From the NCBI GenBank assembly GCA_963764165.1, contig CAVXRD010000001.1, positions 1,568,001 through 1,632,000 on the forward strand: DNA of 64,000 nt. Direction: 5' to 3'. Origin of the DNA: an uncultured Verrucomicrobiae bacterium (GTDB lineage Bacteria > Verrucomicrobiota > Verrucomicrobiia > Limisphaerales > Palsa-1400). Of this stretch, positions 1 to 9,369 are shown in pieces; position 1 is the first letter of the stretch; each line of letters starts with the position of its first letter. The translations under genes and the position numbers were made by a program. The notes under the pieces were generated by a model. It did no database searches and had not been told where the DNA came from. It saw nothing but the letters and a program-made list of their open reading frames with translations.

Positions 1-310
1 ACACCATCAAATAGGGGAGGATGAAGAGATTGTGCCAGACGCAGCGCGGCCTGTTGGGTGATTTCAAACTGTACCACTACCCGATATTCGGGTTGCATTG
101 AACTCAAAGTCGGGTAGTATTGACGCGACCTCAAACCTGACCGAGATAAATGGTTTTGCCCATTGCAGGATTTGCCTGTCGGGACCGAACAACGAAACGA
201 AAAGGGATAAATGTGCTGGAAAACAAAACTGCAAAAATGGGCCGGTCGGGGCTTAATCGAAATCAGGCACCTTCAACCGACTTTCGGTCAACAAATGAAC
301 GGACTTCTTT

Positions 311-1105
311 ATGATTGACGAGTTATATAAAGAAATCAAGGACACCGGACTCTTGGATGTATTCGACGCAAGCGGCTTTGTTGAAAGCCTCAAGCAAATG
401 TTTTTTTCCAAACACGTCGTATACAAGCAATGGCTTGTTCCGCTCGACAATTTCGAGTTCTCCAGCGCGACCTTTTACGAGATGATCGAGAAGGAGTTGA
501 ACGTTCGTAAAGTGCCCGGATTGGAGATCACCCGCGTCGAATTGAGCGAGGGCGGGCCGCTTTCCGCAAAACGCCAATATCTCCGGCTCCGGCGCGAACG
601 GCTTGCATTCGACATTTGCGCTGCGCCGTTTGGCACCAGCTATTTCTTCTCCTTCCGCTCGGTCGAGCTTCCGTTCAACATCAGCATCCTGCAATTGGTG
701 GTGTTGGTCGTCATATTTTCGATGTTATACGCCTTGGTGGTGCATTTTATCGGCCTTATCCTCGGCATTCTCCTTTTCTTCGTCCTCGTGGGCGGCGGCA
801 TTTGGTTTCTCCGTAATCTTGTGGCCCTCGGGTTGAAGGATATGGATGCCGCCCTCCTCAAAGCTCCGACCATTGGCCCGATCTACGAAGTGTTTTTCCG
901 CAAAGAGACCTATTATCGCGAGGACACCCGAGCCATGTATCTTTCCCTTGTGGATACCATCACCAAAGCCCTGGTTGACGAGGTGACAGCGGCCAAGGGC
1001 ATCAAAATTGCCAAGCGGGATGACCGGCCGATTTCAGCCGAATTGAATCGAGAAAAGCCGAATCCGCCGGATCAGGGCGCAACACCCGACGAGAAAGCGA
1101 CTTAA
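311..1105 (+). CDS. hypothetical membrane protein of the integrative element
   Basis: 264-aa ORF with two adjacent hydrophobic helices (ILQLVVLVVIFSMLYALVV / IGLILGILLFFVLVGGGIWF). Ends 3 bp before the ATPase gene, suggesting an operon. Confidence 0.75.
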   Translation: MIDELYKEIKDTGLLDVFDASGFVESLKQMFFSKHVVYKQWLVPLDNFEFSSATFYEMIEKELNVRKVPGLEITRVELSEGGPLSAKRQYLRLRRERLAFDICAAPFGTSYFFSFRSVELPFNISILQLVVLVVIFSMLYALVVHFIGLILGILLFFVLVGGGIWFLRNLVALGLKDMDAALLKAPTIGPIYEVFFRKETYYREDTRAMYLSLVDTITKALVDEVTAAKGIKIAKRDDRPISAELNREKPNPPDQGATPDEKAT

Positions 1106-1108
1106 GTC

Positions 1109-4100
1109 GTGTCGCCTATTGAAGAAAAGCTGTCCGATCAGTTTTACCAATGGGAACGGCGTGGCCGTGGCTGGGAGGTTTTTCCTGAACCCGTCCGCCC
1201 TGAACCCCCTTTCCGCCCTTTCTACGGGCATTTTGTGCCTGACGCGCAGATCATTGATGACGGGCGTCGGCCCACCTTCTTGAGTTCACTCGTGGAAAAG
1301 CTCAGTCGCAAGTTGAGCACCGAGCCGCCACCTGTGCCCGAAGTTCCAGAGGCAGAGGAAGAACCCGAACCGCATATATTGATTCGTGAATCGCTCATTG
1401 AACTTCAAACTTCCCTGCCCGCCAAACTCGACATCGGCAAGGATGCTTTTGAGCAGTTTTTGCGCAACCTCTATTCATGTCAGGAGCCGATTGCTTTTGA
1501 AATGCTGGGCACGCCGGAGCAAGTGAGCGTCCAGTTTGCCGCCCATCCGAACGATGCCTCCATTGTGCGCCGTCAGTTGCAGTCATATTTTCACGAGGCT
1601 TCGTTTCTACCGCGCGAAGGCGCGCTTATGAACGCATGGGAATCGTGCGAGGGTGATGAAATTCTCATTGTCGAATTCGGATTAGCCCGCGAATTCATGT
1701 TTTCGCTTGAGTGCGGCAAACTTGACCCGTTCGTTGGTATTGTCGGGGCGCTCTCCGAGTTACAACCGGGGGAATTGGCGCTGTTTCAAGTTCTCTTTGA
1801 ATCCGTGGAGCAGGATTGGCCTGAGAGCATCGTGAATTCAGTTACCCACAGCGACGGCAAACCCTTTTTCGTCAATATGCCGGAATTGGCGTCGGCGGCG
1901 GAAAAGAAGGTGACGCGCCCACTCTATGCAGCGGTCGTCAGGATCGCCGTCAAAAGCGAATCATACGACCGCACCGTTGAAATTGCCCGACACTTGGCAG
2001 GCTCCTTGCGTGTATTCGCCAATCCCCAGGGCAACGAACTCATTCCCCTTACCAACGACGATTACCCGTTCGAGGAACATATCGAGGACGTGCTTTGCAG
2101 ACAGTCGCGCCGTTCCGGGATGCTCCTAAACAGCGACGAGTTGATCGGTTTCGTTCATCTCCCGTCGAGTGACATCCGCTCACCGGCCTTGGAGCGCGAA
2201 ACCGGCAAGACCAAAGCCGCCCCGGCCATAGCCCAAAACGAGCGCGGCATCTTGCTCGGCACAAATGTGCATATTGGCAACGCGGTTTCAGTGCATTTGA
2301 CTCCCGAACAACGCGTCCGCCACGTTCACGTTGTTGGCGCAAGCGGCACCGGCAAAAGCACACTCCTTTTTAATCTCATCCGCCAGGATATTGAAAATGG
2401 CGAGGGCGTTGCGGTGTTTGACCCGCACGGTGACTTGGTTGACAAAATTTTAGGCGTGATCCCGACCGCGCGAATCGGCGACGTGGTTCTCGTTGATCCC
2501 TCTGACGAGGATTACTCAATCGGGTTGAATATCCTTTCGGCCCATAGCGACCTCGAAAAAAACCTGCTTTCATCTGATCTCATTTCCGTCTTTGAGCGGC
2601 TATCCACAACTTGGGGCGACCAGATGCAGAGCGTTTTGCAAAAAGCGATCCACGTGTTCCTCGAAAGCAGCGAACGTGGCACGCTTGCCGACTTGCGCCG
2701 CTTCTTGATTGAGCCGGCATACCGAACCGAATTCCTGAAATCAGTTCGCGACCCGGAACTGCTCTACTACTGGCAAAAGGGATTTCCTCAGTTGACCGGG
2801 AACAAATCCATCGGTCCGGTCATTACTCGAATTGATGCGTTTCTTGCGCCAAAGCCCATTCGATACATGGTGTCGCAAACGGAGAACCGATTGAATTTCG
2901 GCGAGATCATGGATTCGGGCAAAATATTCTTAGCCAAATTGCCCGAGGGCTTGCTTGGCAAGGAGAACTCATATCTTCTCGGCACCCTTCTGGTTTCGAA
3001 GTTCCAGCAACTCGCCATGAGCCGCCAAGCAAAACAGATTGCCGCGCGGAGGGACTTCTGGATATACATTGATGAATTCCACAATTTCATCACTCCCTCG
3101 ATGGCGCAGATACTTTCCGGAGCGAGGAAATATCGCATCGGACTGACCTTGGCCCATCAGGAATTGCATCAGTTAGAGCGAAACCGCGATGTTGCAAGCG
3201 CCGTAATGTCCAATCCCTACACCCGCGTCGTGTTCCGTGTCGGCGACAGCGATGCGAAGAAGCTGGCGGAAGGATTTGCGTTCTTTGAAGCGCGTGACCT
3301 GCAAAATCTGGAAACCGGGGAGGCTGTCGCCCGAGTCGAAAAGGCGGACAGTGATTTTAATCTGACCGTTCCTTTTCCCGAAAGCATTGACCCCGGAACA
3401 ATGGAGGCGACTCGGCAAGCAGTGATCGCAGCCTCACGGAGGAAATATGGGACTCCGCGCACGGACGTGGAAACAATGCTGCTTGCCAAATTCCAAGCAC
3501 AAGCATCCGAGCCAAAGAGAACGAAGTCTAAGCTCGCCCCGCCGCCATCTCCCAAGGTTGCGGAGGCGAAAATTTCGGATGTTCCAAAGCCGACGGTTGC
3601 GGAAAAGGAAGTTCCACCTGCTGCTGAGAAAACGGCAGCAGCGCCACCGGCTTTTACCCCACCGCCCCTTGCCGATATTCTAAAAACGGCACCGGCACCA
3701 GTCATCGAAATCCAGGAGCCGCCACGAGAACAAGGCCAAGGCCGAGGCGGATTGGAACACCAAGCCATTCAGAAACGAATCAAACAGGAAGCGGAAAAGC
3801 TTGGTTTCCGCAGCACTATTGAAAAACCCGTTTTAGAAGGCCAAGCCAGCATCGACGTTTGGCTAGAGCGAAACAGCCTCATCATCGCGTGCGAAGTTTC
3901 CTTCACAAATACGGAAGACAATGAATCCAGCAAAATCATAAAATGTTTGAAAGCCGGAATTCCGAAGTTCGCCATGATTTGCACGGACGAGAGAAAGTTG
4001 CGAAAGATCGCAGCGGCGATTTCCTCCGGTCTTGATTCTGAATTGGCCTCGCGGGTTGAGTATTTCCAGCCCGACCCGTTCATTGAGCATATCAAAACTC

Positions 4101-4255
4101 TGCCGGTTGAGCCGCCAAAGAAATCAGAGAAAATCCGCCGAGGCTATAAAATCAAACATTCACATTCAACAGGTTCAACAGAAGAACAGACGGCAAAAGA
4201 GAAAGCTGCCATTCGTGCCATTGCGGAATCCATGCAAACGAAAACGAGCCGTTGA
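1109..4255 (+). CDS. VirD4/TraD (type IV coupling protein)/HerA-like ATPase with Pro-rich linker and C-terminal PD-(D/E)XK-like domain
   Basis: Walker A HVHVVGASGTGKS, DPHGD motif, Walker B YIDEFHN, ARKYRIGLTLAHQ. C-terminus has EH..IQ..IK...E...IDV.......ACEVS. Confidence 0.85.
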   Translation: MSPIEEKLSDQFYQWERRGRGWEVFPEPVRPEPPFRPFYGHFVPDAQIIDDGRRPTFLSSLVEKLSRKLSTEPPPVPEVPEAEEEPEPHILIRESLIELQTSLPAKLDIGKDAFEQFLRNLYSCQEPIAFEMLGTPEQVSVQFAAHPNDASIVRRQLQSYFHEASFLPREGALMNAWESCEGDEILIVEFGLAREFMFSLECGKLDPFVGIVGALSELQPGELALFQVLFESVEQDWPESIVNSVTHSDGKPFFVNMPELASAAEKKVTRPLYAAVVRIAVKSESYDRTVEIARHLAGSLRVFANPQGNELIPLTNDDYPFEEHIEDVLCRQSRRSGMLLNSDELIGFVHLPSSDIRSPALERETGKTKAAPAIAQNERGILLGTNVHIGNAVSVHLTPEQRVRHVHVVGASGTGKSTLLFNLIRQDIENGEGVAVFDPHGDLVDKILGVIPTARIGDVVLVDPSDEDYSIGLNILSAHSDLEKNLLSSDLISVFERLSTTWGDQMQSVLQKAIHVFLESSERGTLADLRRFLIEPAYRTEFLKSVRDPELLYYWQKGFPQLTGNKSIGPVITRIDAFLAPKPIRYMVSQTENRLNFGEIMDSGKIFLAKLPEGLLGKENSYLLGTLLVSKFQQLAMSRQAKQIAARRDFWIYIDEFHNFITPSMAQILSGARKYRIGLTLAHQELHQLERNRDVASAVMSNPYTRVVFRVGDSDAKKLAEGFAFFEARDLQNLETGEAVARVEKADSDFNLTVPFPESIDPGTMEATRQAVIAASRRKYGTPRTDVETMLLAKFQAQASEPKRTKSKLAPPPSPKVAEAKISDVPKPTVAEKEVPPAAEKTAAAPPAFTPPPLADILKTAPAPVIEIQEPPREQGQGRGGLEHQAIQKRIKQEAEKLGFRSTIEKPVLEGQASIDVWLERNSLIIACEVSFTNTEDNESSKIIKCLKAGIPKFAMICTDERKLRKIAAAISSGLDSELASRVEYFQPDPFIEHIKTLPVEPPKKSEKIRRGYKIKHSHSTGSTEEQTAKEKAAIRAIAESMQTKTSR

Positions 4256-4474
4256 TTATTTTTCTTCCAGTAAATACACCGGGCCTTTGACCTTGAATTC
4301 TGAATACGCCTCGATCATCCGAACCCGTAGTTTGACAAGACTTTGGCCAGGTGTTTCTTCCGCATTAAAAATTGAAGTCTGCATCACGCCCATTTCTCGC
4401 GCCGCCTGGGCGCGTGTCTTGCCCGCCTTTTTGCGAAGAGTTTTGGCAAGCACCACTAAATCGTTTTCATTCAT
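4256..4474 (-). CDS. small XRE-like helix-turn-helix protein
   Basis: LRKKAGKTRAQAAREMGVMQTSIFNAE fits an HTH. Divergent from the recombinase. Start placed at MNENDL. Confidence 0.7.
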   Translation of the reverse strand: MNENDLVVLAKTLRKKAGKTRAQAAREMGVMQTSIFNAEETPGQSLVKLRVRMIEAYSEFKVKGPVYLLEEK

Positions 4475-4574
4475 GGCCGCTTTGTAGTTCATGCGAAAAA
4501 CCGTAGCAGATATATTCAATTTGCATACACTTTTTTCTTGTCAAACGGTTGCGTTTTCGGGTATGAAATAGTGT

Positions 4575-6077
4575 ATGAAGGAAAATAGTGCCTTGAAAAA
4601 ACGTGTCGGCATATGGATTCGTGTTTCCACCGAAGATCAAGCCAGGGGCGAAAGCCCGCAACACCACGAGCAACGCGCCCGCGAATACGCCAAGTTCAAC
4701 GACTGGACAGTGGTTGAAGTGTATGACTTGGCCGGGGTGTCAGGCAAAACCGTCATGGAAAATGCCGAAGCCAAGCGGATGATGTCCGACCTTAAGCGCG
4801 GCCACATCAACGGCCTGATCTTTTCCAAGCTCGCCCGCCTTGCCCGAAACACAAAGGAGCTTTTGGAATTTGCCGAGTTGTTCCGTCAGCACAGCGTGGA
4901 CATGATCTCCTTGCAGGAGAAAATCGACACATCATCCCCCGCCGGACGCCTTTTCTACACGATGATCGCGGCAATGGCGCAATGGGAGCGAGAGGAGATC
5001 GCCGACCGTGTTAAAGCCTCGATTAAAATCAGGGCAAAACTTGGCAAGAGTTTGGGCGGTGCCGCGCCTTTCGGCTATCAGTGGGAGAACAACAAATTGG
5101 CCGTGCATCCCGTCGAATCTCCCGTCCGCAAGCTCATGTATGAGCTTTTTGCCAAAAACAAGCGCATGAAGGGCGTTGCGCGGCTTCTTAATGAATCGGG
5201 CTACCGCACGAGGAACGGCAGCAAATTCAGCGATACGACAGTTTTGAGGCTGCTTCAAGACACCACGGCAAAGGGGTTGTATCGCTCAAATCACACCTAC
5301 CGTGACGGCTCCGGCAAACTCCTTCCCAAACCAGAAGACGAATGGGTTTACAGCCCCGTCACTGCGATTGTGTCCGAATCCTTGTGGAAAGAGTGCAACG
5401 ATGCTTTGGGAGCGCGAAAGGCGCAGAAGCCGCTTGGACGGAAGCCTGTGCATTTGTTCGCCGGATTGCTGCATTGCGGTTGCGGCCAAAAGATGTATGT
5501 CTTTTCCCGCTCCCCCAAATACGTCTGCCCGGAGTGCAGGAACAAAATAACGGTCGAAGACATGGAGGGGGTTTTTCACGACGAATTACATGATTTCTTC
5601 GTGTCCCAGGACAAAATTAAAGGGCATCTGGCGAACGCAAACCAAAACCTTGCCGACAAAAAAGTCAGGCTTGAGGCGCATACCCGGCAGATTGAAAAAG
5701 TTCGCACCGAAATGCGCAAAACATACCAACTCTATCAAGAAGACCAGATTACCCCGGAGGGCTTTGGGAAAGTGTATCGCCCGCTTGAAGATCAGGAACG
5801 CGCCCTGACAGCCGAACTTCCAAAGCTCCAAGCCGAAGTTGACGCAATCGAAATGCACCAGATTTCCGCCGAAGAAGTGCTCGCGGAGGCGACTGGACTA
5901 CACCGGAAGTGGCCTCATTTCGGCCAAGAGGAAAAGCGGAGAATCATCGAAAGTATCGTCGAGAAGGTCACTCTTTCGGGAGACACAATTGATATAACAT
6001 GGTCATACTTAACCTCTTCTGAAGAACTCACAAAAAGGCAACGCAACGTGTCGGGTTCATCGCGGCCACCAGCATGA
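4575..6077 (+). CDS. large serine recombinase (integrase)
   Basis: [10 protein letters not shown] catalytic Ser motif, SG and LARLAR resolvase motifs, APFGY recombinase domain, CGCG...C..C zinc ribbon, coiled coil. Confidence 0.95.
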   Translation: MKENSALKKRVGIWIRVSTEDQARGESPQHHEQRAREYAKFNDWTVVEVYDLAGVSGKTVMENAEAKRMMSDLKRGHINGLIFSKLARLARNTKELLEFAELFRQHSVDMISLQEKIDTSSPAGRLFYTMIAAMAQWEREEIADRVKASIKIRAKLGKSLGGAAPFGYQWENNKLAVHPVESPVRKLMYELFAKNKRMKGVARLLNESGYRTRNGSKFSDTTVLRLLQDTTAKGLYRSNHTYRDGSGKLLPKPEDEWVYSPVTAIVSESLWKECNDALGARKAQKPLGRKPVHLFAGLLHCGCGQKMYVFSRSPKYVCPECRNKITVEDMEGVFHDELHDFFVSQDKIKGHLANANQNLADKKVRLEAHTRQIEKVRTEMRKTYQLYQEDQITPEGFGKVYRPLEDQERALTAELPKLQAEVDAIEMHQISAEEVLAEATGLHRKWPHFGQEEKRRIIESIVEKVTLSGDTIDITWSYLTSSEELTKRQRNVSGSSRPPA

Positions 6078-7104
6078 ATTCGGCGGGAAACGTCATCGTG
6101 CCTGCGGCTCGCGAAATGGTGACGCGGCCTTCTTCAATCGGCTGGCGCATGGTTTCCAAAACGCTGCGTTTGAATTCCGGCAATTCGTCCAGGAACAGCA
6201 CGCCATGATGCGCGAGCGAAATTTCGCCCGGCGTGGGATTGATGTTGCCACCCAGCAGGCCCGCGTCGCTGGCCGTGTGATGCGGCGTGCGAAATGGCCG
6301 GCGCGTGACCAGCGCCTGCTTCGGTTTGAGCAGCCCGACGATGCTGTGAATCTTCGTCGTCTCCAGCGCTTCCTCCAGCGTCAACGGCGGCAAGATTGTG
6401 GTGAGCCGTTTGGCCAGCATGGATTTGCCGGTGCCCGGCGGCCCGATCAAAAGAACGTTATGTCCGCCCGCCGCCGCGATCTCCAGCGCGCGCTTGACGG
6501 ACTCCTGGCCCTTGACTTCCGCCATGTCAAAATCGTCCTCGAACGATTGGCCGAAGATCTTCTCCAAATCAACTTTGGCGGGCTCAATTTTAATTTCCCC
6601 TTCCAAAAATCCTACCGCCTCGCGCAAATTTTCAACGGGAATAACCTCCAGTCCTTCAACCACCGCCGCCTCCGCCGCATTGTCCACTCCAACGATGAGG
6701 CCCTTCAACTTCTGCGCCCGGGCCTCCCATGCGATTGACAGAACGCCTTTGACCGGTCGCACTTGGCCTGTTAGCGCCAATTCACCAACCATCGCATAGT
6801 GATCCAGCTCCGACGACATGAGTTGATCGCTCGCCGCGAGCATTCCGATCGCAATGGGCAAATCAAAACTCGGCCCTTCTTTTCTGACGTCGGCGGGCGC
6901 GAGATTAATAGTCGTCTTGCCCATGGGAAATTTGAACCCGGAATTGGTAAGCGCCGTGCTGACGCGATCCCGCGATTCCTTCACTGCCGCATCGGGCAGC
7001 CCGACAATCACCACCAACGTATCACCCCAGCCGGAATTCACCTCCACCTCGACGGGGAAGGCTTCAATTCCATTGACAGCGGCGGATAAAACGCGAGCCA
7101 GCAT
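6028..7104 (-). pseudogene. comM: YifB/ComM Mg-chelatase-like AAA ATPase, 5' part, interrupted by the element
   Basis: [63 protein letters not shown], then RCVAFL-stop. About 358 aa versus ~500 aa for the intact family. Confidence 0.92.
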
Positions 7105-7222
7105 GGGCGGATGTTGGGGCAATGAAGCCGTTACGGCAATGCGGTTTTTGCGGGATTTGACAGACTGCGTCAGAGCCATCGATTCCCAAACAGCGCAAAC
7201 GTGGGGACTGACGCCGACCGGA

Positions 7223-7666
7223 TTAATGTTCCCGATTTCCGAGCCGCAGTTCCAATTCTTCAATTTTGTCCTGCCATTCCTCAGGGTCATATTCGTCCCG
7301 GAGTTGCGAATCTGACTTGATGAGGGCGAGCGCAGCTTGGGCAACAGGGACAAGTTCCTCAGCGGGCGAATCCCGATGAGCCGCAATCCAAGCTGTGGCG
7401 CCTATAGACAGTTTCGCCGGAGGACGGCCGCACAAAGCGCTTACAATCTCGACCGCTGCGATGGCTCTTTGGCAGTCGCTAATGGTCAAACGATCCGGGA
7501 GCCGGCCCAGGAATTTTCCGAACCGGGTCGGTTGTTTGGTCCCGCCGTGGTCGATGACGCGTTGGAGTTCACCGCGCAGGGTTACGCCAGCCACACCCTC
7601 ATTCAGGTCGTCAACAAAATCCAACGCTGGATCGTTTTGAAAACTACCGTCTCCCCAACTACCCAT
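7223..7666 (-). CDS. DUF4259-like protein
   Basis: N-terminal [21 protein letters not shown] and C-terminal S.L...Y...W...IEEL..RL pattern. Confidence 0.75.
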   Translation of the reverse strand: MGSWGDGSFQNDPALDFVDDLNEGVAGVTLRGELQRVIDHGGTKQPTRFGKFLGRLPDRLTISDCQRAIAAVEIVSALCGRPPAKLSIGATAWIAAHRDSPAEELVPVAQAALALIKSDSQLRDEYDPEEWQDKIEELELRLGNREH

Positions 7667-7925
7667 TTCTACCCCTTTGAGGGACAAGCCTCATTCGTTT
7701 GGTTATTAGACCGCGTCCTAAATTCGCATCAACAAGCAGCTTGGGCGAAATCGACATAATTTGGACCACCAATGTATCCCCCCAGCCAGAATTCACCTCC
7801 ACCTCGACGGGGATCCTCCTTCGTTGAAGCTTCGGAGGACAGGAGGCTTCAATTCCATTGACATCCGCCGTCGAGCTATTCGCGCTTCGGCAAGACAAGT
7901 CAGCGGATAAAACGCGGGCCAGCAT
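7659..7925 (-). pseudogene. comM: second, degenerate copy of the comM 5' end (~33 codons) with two in-frame palindromic insertions
   Basis: 7765-7970 is a direct repeat of 7010-7150. Reads MLARVLSA[ins]VNGIEA[ins][16 protein letters not shown], then diverges. Confidence 0.9.
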
Positions 7926-7956
7926 GGGCGGATATTGGGCGATGGCGGGGCCGAGG

Positions 7957-8207
7957 GCAATGAGGTTTTTGTCGCGAAAAACCAAGGGTGCAATAGGGTG
8001 CAATAGCATGCAATGCCTCAATCACGAATTATCAAGTCGGCGAGGAAAACTGCGAAATATCAAAGAACATGCCTTGACGGCGACAGGGGAAAAATAAGCC
8101 CAAAATTCTTTTTTGTCAATTATGATTGCAGTTACACTGTTTCGTGGTATTGTCGAAAGCGTATGACAACCGTATCATCGATTGTTCAGCCGGGGCCGGA
8201 GGCGAAT
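7957..8207. repeat. dispersed divergent-promoter/boxA/10-bp-repeat module, copy A
   Basis: Blocks TGTCGCGAAAA, (AGGGTGCAAT)x3 degenerate, TCAAAGAACA, TTGTCAATT...ATTGCA.TTACAC...GTGGTAT shared with copies B-D. Confidence 0.9.
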
Positions 8208-8827
8208 ACAGCGCCGGGGGCGCCGGGGCAGGAGTGCCGCGGGCCGACGGGCCGCGCCCGCACCAGCAAGATCGCGCGCCTGCCCGCCGATATCCGGGCT
8301 GAATTGAACGAGCGGCTTCTGGAGGCGGAAGCGCCAGCCGCGATTGTGGAATGGCTCAACGGCCTGCCGGAGGTGCAGCGCACGAGGACCGCCTCAATAA
8401 AATCCTGGGCACAGGCCGCTTCGCCGCCAACTGGAACAACGACCTAAGACGATGGGAAGGTCCGGGAGCAGCCATGCGGTATGAGGAGGAGGAAGTCACG
8501 CTCCAGGTGCGGACGGAAATGAAGCGGCGCTATCCGAATGGTTTCCCGGAAGGCTACCGCCCTCCCTACGGCGACCCGCTGCCGGTTTACCCCGCGCCCG
8601 TTGACACCCCAAAGAGTGTCAATCATTCAGAGCAGAAGCCTGGCGTTCCAGCGCGCAGCGACAGCCCGCCCAACAATTCCGTTGGGAACGAGGAATGTGC
8701 ATCCGCCCCAAGGCAACGGACAGAACAGGAGCCCGCGCGATTGGATGTTGGGCGACAACCGACAAATGAACACATTATCAAGATGACGCCTGCGCATGGG
8801 GGCGCGGGTGTGACTGCAAGCGGGTAA
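8163..8827 (+). pseudogene. DUF3486/Mu gp27-like protein, internally deleted or frameshifted
   Basis: RTSKIARLPADIRAELNERLLEAEAPAAIVEWLNGLPEVQ matches the family N-terminus. Frame breaks at ~8380; a second frame continues to 8827. Confidence 0.6.
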
Positions 8828-8828
8828 C

Positions 8829-8898
8829 AATATTTGGGCGGACGCGCAGGTCGGCCCTGCCAAATCTCGGCAGGGTGGCGCTGCGTCGCCGCACCAAT
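8829..8898. repeat. REP-like palindrome pair (GTAG/GCAG type)
   Basis: AATATTTGGGCGGACGCGCAGGTCGGCCCTGCCAAAT is the near reverse complement of 52978-53014. Confidence 0.75.
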
Positions 8899-9087
8899 GT
8901 CACCCACCGACCTGCGAGAGACTTTTTTACAACAAGCCCGGTAGGGACACTAAAAAATTTGTCTTACAATGATAGCAAAGTGATTTTCTGCCTCATTCAA
9001 GAGCCTCGCTAAAGAGCCTCGTTAAGGTAGACACTTTATCATCGAACGCATCGACGGCGCGGCTTACAAAAGCTGATTAGATACAAT

Positions 9088-9143
9088 CCTCTAAACCGTC
9101 CTTAACAAAGACGCGAGTGTCCGAATACTGGACGGTTTAGAGG
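9088..9143. repeat. perfect 14-bp inverted repeat with 28-nt spacer
   Basis: CCTCTAAACCGTCC (9088-9101) and GGACGGTTTAGAGG (9130-9143). Confidence 0.85.
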
Positions 9144-9369
9144 TCAACCTATCGTAACGCCCAGAGAAGACATGACTGGATACGTGCCGTTTATTTATGC
9201 TAAATACCGCATCCTATGAATCCAAAGCATGACCTATGCCCGCTTTTATTAATTCGTATAAAAAAAATGAATGAAATTTATTAAACTACTTGACACTCAC
9301 GATCGAGATCTCTACTCTGCCCGTCATCCCACCAACGAGCAGAAATCATTTAAACGAAAGGCATGCCAA

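Larger units (their letters stand above)
1..6050. mobile_element. right part of a serine-recombinase integrative element inserted in comM; left end lies outside the window or is unresolved
   Basis: The recombinase 3' end abuts and overlaps truncated comM. comM homology stops at ...AAMNPT (~6050). Confidence 0.8.

Noticed and set aside
7105..7386. N-terminal extension of comM in the ORF track
   Set aside because: Family homology starts at MLARVLSA (7104) and the extension overlaps the DUF4259 gene.
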